This document shows, in pieces, positions 61,064 to 64,000 of a DNA stretch of 64,000 nt. Location: positions 124,930,001 through 124,994,000 of the forward strand of contig OZ360226.1 of NCBI GenBank assembly GCA_977017645.1, in the 5' to 3' direction. The notes beneath the pieces were generated by a model. That model saw only the letters and a list, made by a program, of their open reading frames with translations, had not been told where the DNA came from and did not search any database. A program made the position numbers and the translations under genes. How positions within the stretch are numbered: position 1 is the stretch's first letter; the number at the start of each line of letters is the position of its first letter. The DNA comes from Torpedo marmorata (lineage: Eukaryota).

Positions 61064-61219
61064 CATTTTCTCATACTTTGATGAAGGGCTCAAGCCCGAA
61101 ACGTCGGTTACGTATTTCTACCTTTGCTCCATAAAAGACACTGTTTGACCTGCTGAGTTTCTCCAGCATTTGTGTTTTTTACTTCAACCACGGTGTCTAC
61201 AGATTTTCGTGTTTTACTT
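61064..61219 (+). mobile_element. Penelope-like terminal fragment, same family as 24219-24448
   Basis: Near-identical to 24314-24448. Flanked by a TCTAATTT duplication. Confidence 0.82.
61072..61110 (+). ncRNA. Minimal hammerhead-ribozyme-like motif of the Penelope terminus
   Basis: TTGATGA-A-GGGCTCAAGCCC (stem II)-GAAAC-GTC. It matches the CUGANGA..GAAA..NUH core with C3 changed to U and a palindromic ACGT stem III. Confidence 0.55.
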
Positions 61220-61774
61220 TCTAATTTTAATGCAAGGCTTTGGTGACAGACAGAGTAGGAAAGACTGAATCCATGTGTCTTTGTAGCATTATTTGCATGC
61301 CAAGGAGAACAGGAGTGTTTCCTTCAAGTTCCAAACCACTACCCCACAATCTGCTACTCTCTCTTAACTATCTGGTCTTTCAGACTTCTCTCTGATCCTC
61401 TTCAGTTACCCAGCCCCATGGATTCAAGGGCATTCCATCCCCTACAAACAAGATGGCAACCTTTACTTGGACTTCCTCCCATTATTAATGGCACAATTGG
61501 GCCCTTTACCCTGTCAAAGGAACCTTATTTTGCCATGTACAGTCATAATATTATAACTATTGCCCCCTCCTCCTCTTCTCAGTAGTTTAAAAGCTGTTCG
61601 TTCAATAGCAATTTTTAGTTGGATATTATTTGGAACTCAGCATAGATTTCTCAAAGCTAGATTCTAATTTACATTTATATCTTTTGTTACATGTTATTTT
61701 TAAATCCTGAGGTCACCATATTGAGTATAATTCCTCAGCTATACTGCACTGTAACAATCTGCAAATGGTCTACG

Positions 61775-62235
61775 CAGGGGCGTAGCCAGGTTCTAAAGTT
61801 AGGGGGAGTGAGCACATAAAAAAGGTGCCGCGACACATACCAGATGGTGAGTCAGTAGTTGAATGGCGGGCCGCACTGATTTTTCAGCAGCGTCGGACCG
61901 GAGCACGGGGGGGGGGTGGTAGCGGTGGGGGGGTGGCGGCGGCGTCAGATCGGAGATGGGGGGTTGGCGGGGGCGTTGGACTTTAGCGTGGGGGGTGCCA
62001 GGGGCGTCGGACCGGAGCGGGGTGGGATGGTGGTGTCGGACTGGAGCGGGCAGGAGGTGGCGGCGGCGTCGGAGCGGTGGGGGGACGGGGACAGCGGTTT
62101 CGGACCGGGAGCGGGCGGGAGGTTGCGGGGTCGGACCGGAGCGTGGGGGGGAAAAAGGTGCCACCTTTGAAAAATGTGCTCAGGGGGAGAAGTCACTCCC
62201 CCTGCACCCCCCCTCCCCCACTAACTACGCCACTG
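61775..62235. mobile_element. hAT-type MITE with GC-rich internal repeats
   Basis: TIRs CAGGGGCGTAG and CTACGCCACTG. Degenerate 8-bp TSD GGTCTACG and GGTTTAGG. Subterminal AAAAAGGTGCC occurs twice. Internal (GTCGGACCGGAGC) units. Confidence 0.78.
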
Positions 62236-63401
62236 GGTTTAGGATAGAGACTCTGGATCCTAGTTGACCACTTTATTTCGTTCATGTTTGGATAATATCC
62301 AGTTTGCATTTGGAGCCTGAGTTACTTATATTCAATATAAGATCACAAATTTAATTTCATATCCTGCTTTATTGTAATCCAGAACATTGGTACATCAACT
62401 TAAATGTGACACTTTTCTGTTATTATTCTTTTATCTGTTTGTATTGACTTAGTTGGTTAGAAATGTATTAAGCTGGTAGTGTAAATGTTTTGTTTCACTC
62501 AGATTCAGTCACATATGTTTGCTCTTTATGTTTACCAATTTTGACATAATTAATCACTGTTCCACCTCATTGACTGAAATGATAGTGCTATTGGTAATAA
62601 TGGGACCTTCTCAGGTATAAATACCATTTATTGTGTGCAGTGATTATCTCTGCTATTTGAAAGGTATTTGGATATACTGTACACTACGATGGTTGATCTG
62701 GCATGTTTCTGACAGCCAGACAAATGTTTTCCTGTGGTTTTGAGGAACACCTACCACAGATCCTGGACCAGACTCCTATGTGGTTCGTTAACAAGTCAGG
62801 AGCTTTAAGTCTGCAGCTTATATTTATGCCTTAATTCACTTGGAAAATGTAACTGTAGACCAAAAGCATTGGAAAATTATACAGAATTAACAGGTGAGTG
62901 AAATATTGCTTTAAATGTTGTTTGAACTTGATTTATAGTGTGACATTGGTATGACCATATGCTCACAGCACTCTTAACTGAAACACATTTGTTAATGCCT
63001 GATTTTACTATATTTTGATACTGTGGCGTCCCGCCACCGCGGAGATCGAGCCGGCACATCGTGCGACGCGCACGGTAGTAAACAGGGCATAACACACTGT
63101 AACGCGACCCTTAGCATAGCAAACCGGCGTGGTTGAAAGCTGGAGCAGTACAAGACCAGCAGCCCTAAAATTGCACTGGCCAAGCTGCCCAGCTGACAGA
63201 TCAATACCAGGCTGGGGAAGAAGGGTATTCATATGCAAGAACATTCCCGCCCGCTATTGTTATTCATGCGGCTGATGTCAACCAATCAACCAAACGGCAG
63301 GAACTCCAACTGTATAAAAGAAGCATTTCCAGCCTCAACAAACAGAGAGCTTAACCTTCCACACTGCGTGTGTGTGTTTCTTCGCAGCAATCAGCTACAA
63401 T

Positions 63402-63415
63402 TGGTGACCCCGACG
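63402..63415 (+). promoter_or_regulatory. Primer-binding site, tRNA-Trp
   Basis: TGGTGACCCCGACG, 2 nt after the LTR end, matches the tRNA-Trp PBS. Confidence 0.9.
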
Positions 63416-63440
63416 GTTAAGACGGCATCTAAACCCAGCG

Positions 63441-64000
63441 ATGGATAGCGAAGCAGTGATCAGCGCAGTCGGCCTCAAGCTCCCGACCTTCTGGACAGTT
63501 CGACCCAGCGTGTGGTACAACCAAGCTGAGGCTCAGTTCCAGATTCGGGGCATCACAGCTGAGACCACACGGTACTACCATGTGGTCAGCGCCCTGGATC
63601 CAGAGACTGCAGACAGGGTGGCCAACTTCATCCAGAGGCCACCATCGGAAGGCACTTACACTGCCTACAAAGAGCTATTGACTGAGACCTTCGGGCTCTC
63701 GCGGCGAGAGAGAGGGGCACGGCTGCTCCACCGAGATGGGCTAGGGGACAGATCCCCGTCAGCACTCATGAACGAGATGCTAGCCCTCTTGGGAGACCAC
63801 AGGCCCTGCGTCATGTTCAAGCAGGCGTTCTTGGAGCAGCTGCCTGAGGACATCCAACTGCTCCTGGCTGACACGGATTTCAGCGACCCCCGGAAAGTCG
63901 CAGCACAGGCAGATATCCTGTGGAAGCAGAAACAGAAGTACTCGCAACCAGACCAAGGCAGGCCCTGGAAAGGAGCGGCAGGCAAGAGGCAGGGACGAAT
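63441..64000 (+). CDS. CsRn1-type Gag, open to the window edge (not in the ORF track)
   Basis: Manual translation: MDSEAVISAVGLKLPTFWTVRPSVWYNQAEAQFQIRGIT..TRYYHVVSALD..LGDRSPSALMNEML..FLEQLP. Confidence 0.9.
   Translation, partial: MDSEAVISAVGLKLPTFWTVRPSVWYNQAEAQFQIRGITAETTRYYHVVSALDPETADRVANFIQRPPSEGTYTAYKELLTETFGLSRRERGARLLHRDGLGDRSPSALMNEMLALLGDHRPCVMFKQAFLEQLPEDIQLLLADTDFSDPRKVAAQADILWKQKQKYSQPDQGRPWKGAAGKRQGR

Larger units (their letters stand above)
63022..64000 (+). mobile_element. Ty3/Gypsy CsRn1/Kabuki-clade LTR retrotransposon, 5' part
   Basis: CpG-rich LTR at 63022-63399 (TG..CA, TATAAAA at ~63313), followed by a PBS and gag. Confidence 0.9.

Noticed and set aside
61799-62267. 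Pro/Gly/Arg-rich ORFs suggesting a CpG-island gene start
   Set aside because: They lie essentially within a TIR-bounded MITE made of short GC-rich repeats.

Overview
Eukaryotic DNA, almost entirely nested transposable elements. The repeat families (CR1 with SGNH-esterase ORF1, Rex1/Babar, L1, Penelope, V-SINE, Gypsy, hAT, Tc2, PIF/Harbinger) suggest a cartilaginous fish such as a ray or shark; this is inference, not a database result. No host protein-coding gene could be identified, only a few weak plus-strand exon candidates. Main contents: a degraded CR1 (1-3.7 kb); a 1.9-kb non-autonomous hAT element with exon-like cargo; a two-gene, intron-containing Harbinger (12.0-23.5 kb) holding two L1s, one full length; two Gypsy LTR elements (30.9-34.3 and 39.7-44.2 kb); a triple-nested Rex/Rex/CR1 stack whose CR1 keeps an intact 984-aa ORF2; several MITEs and Penelope hammerhead-like remnants; and the start of a CsRn1-type LTR element at the right edge. 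The most striking observation concerns the two Gypsy elements. Both have a YLDN instead of YxDD RT motif and lack a tRNA primer-binding site. In both, the bases just 3' of the 5' LTR are instead complementary to the AATAAA region of their own LTR, although the paired sequences differ between the elements. This suggests tRNA-independent self-priming and/or a poly(A)-occlusion switch.
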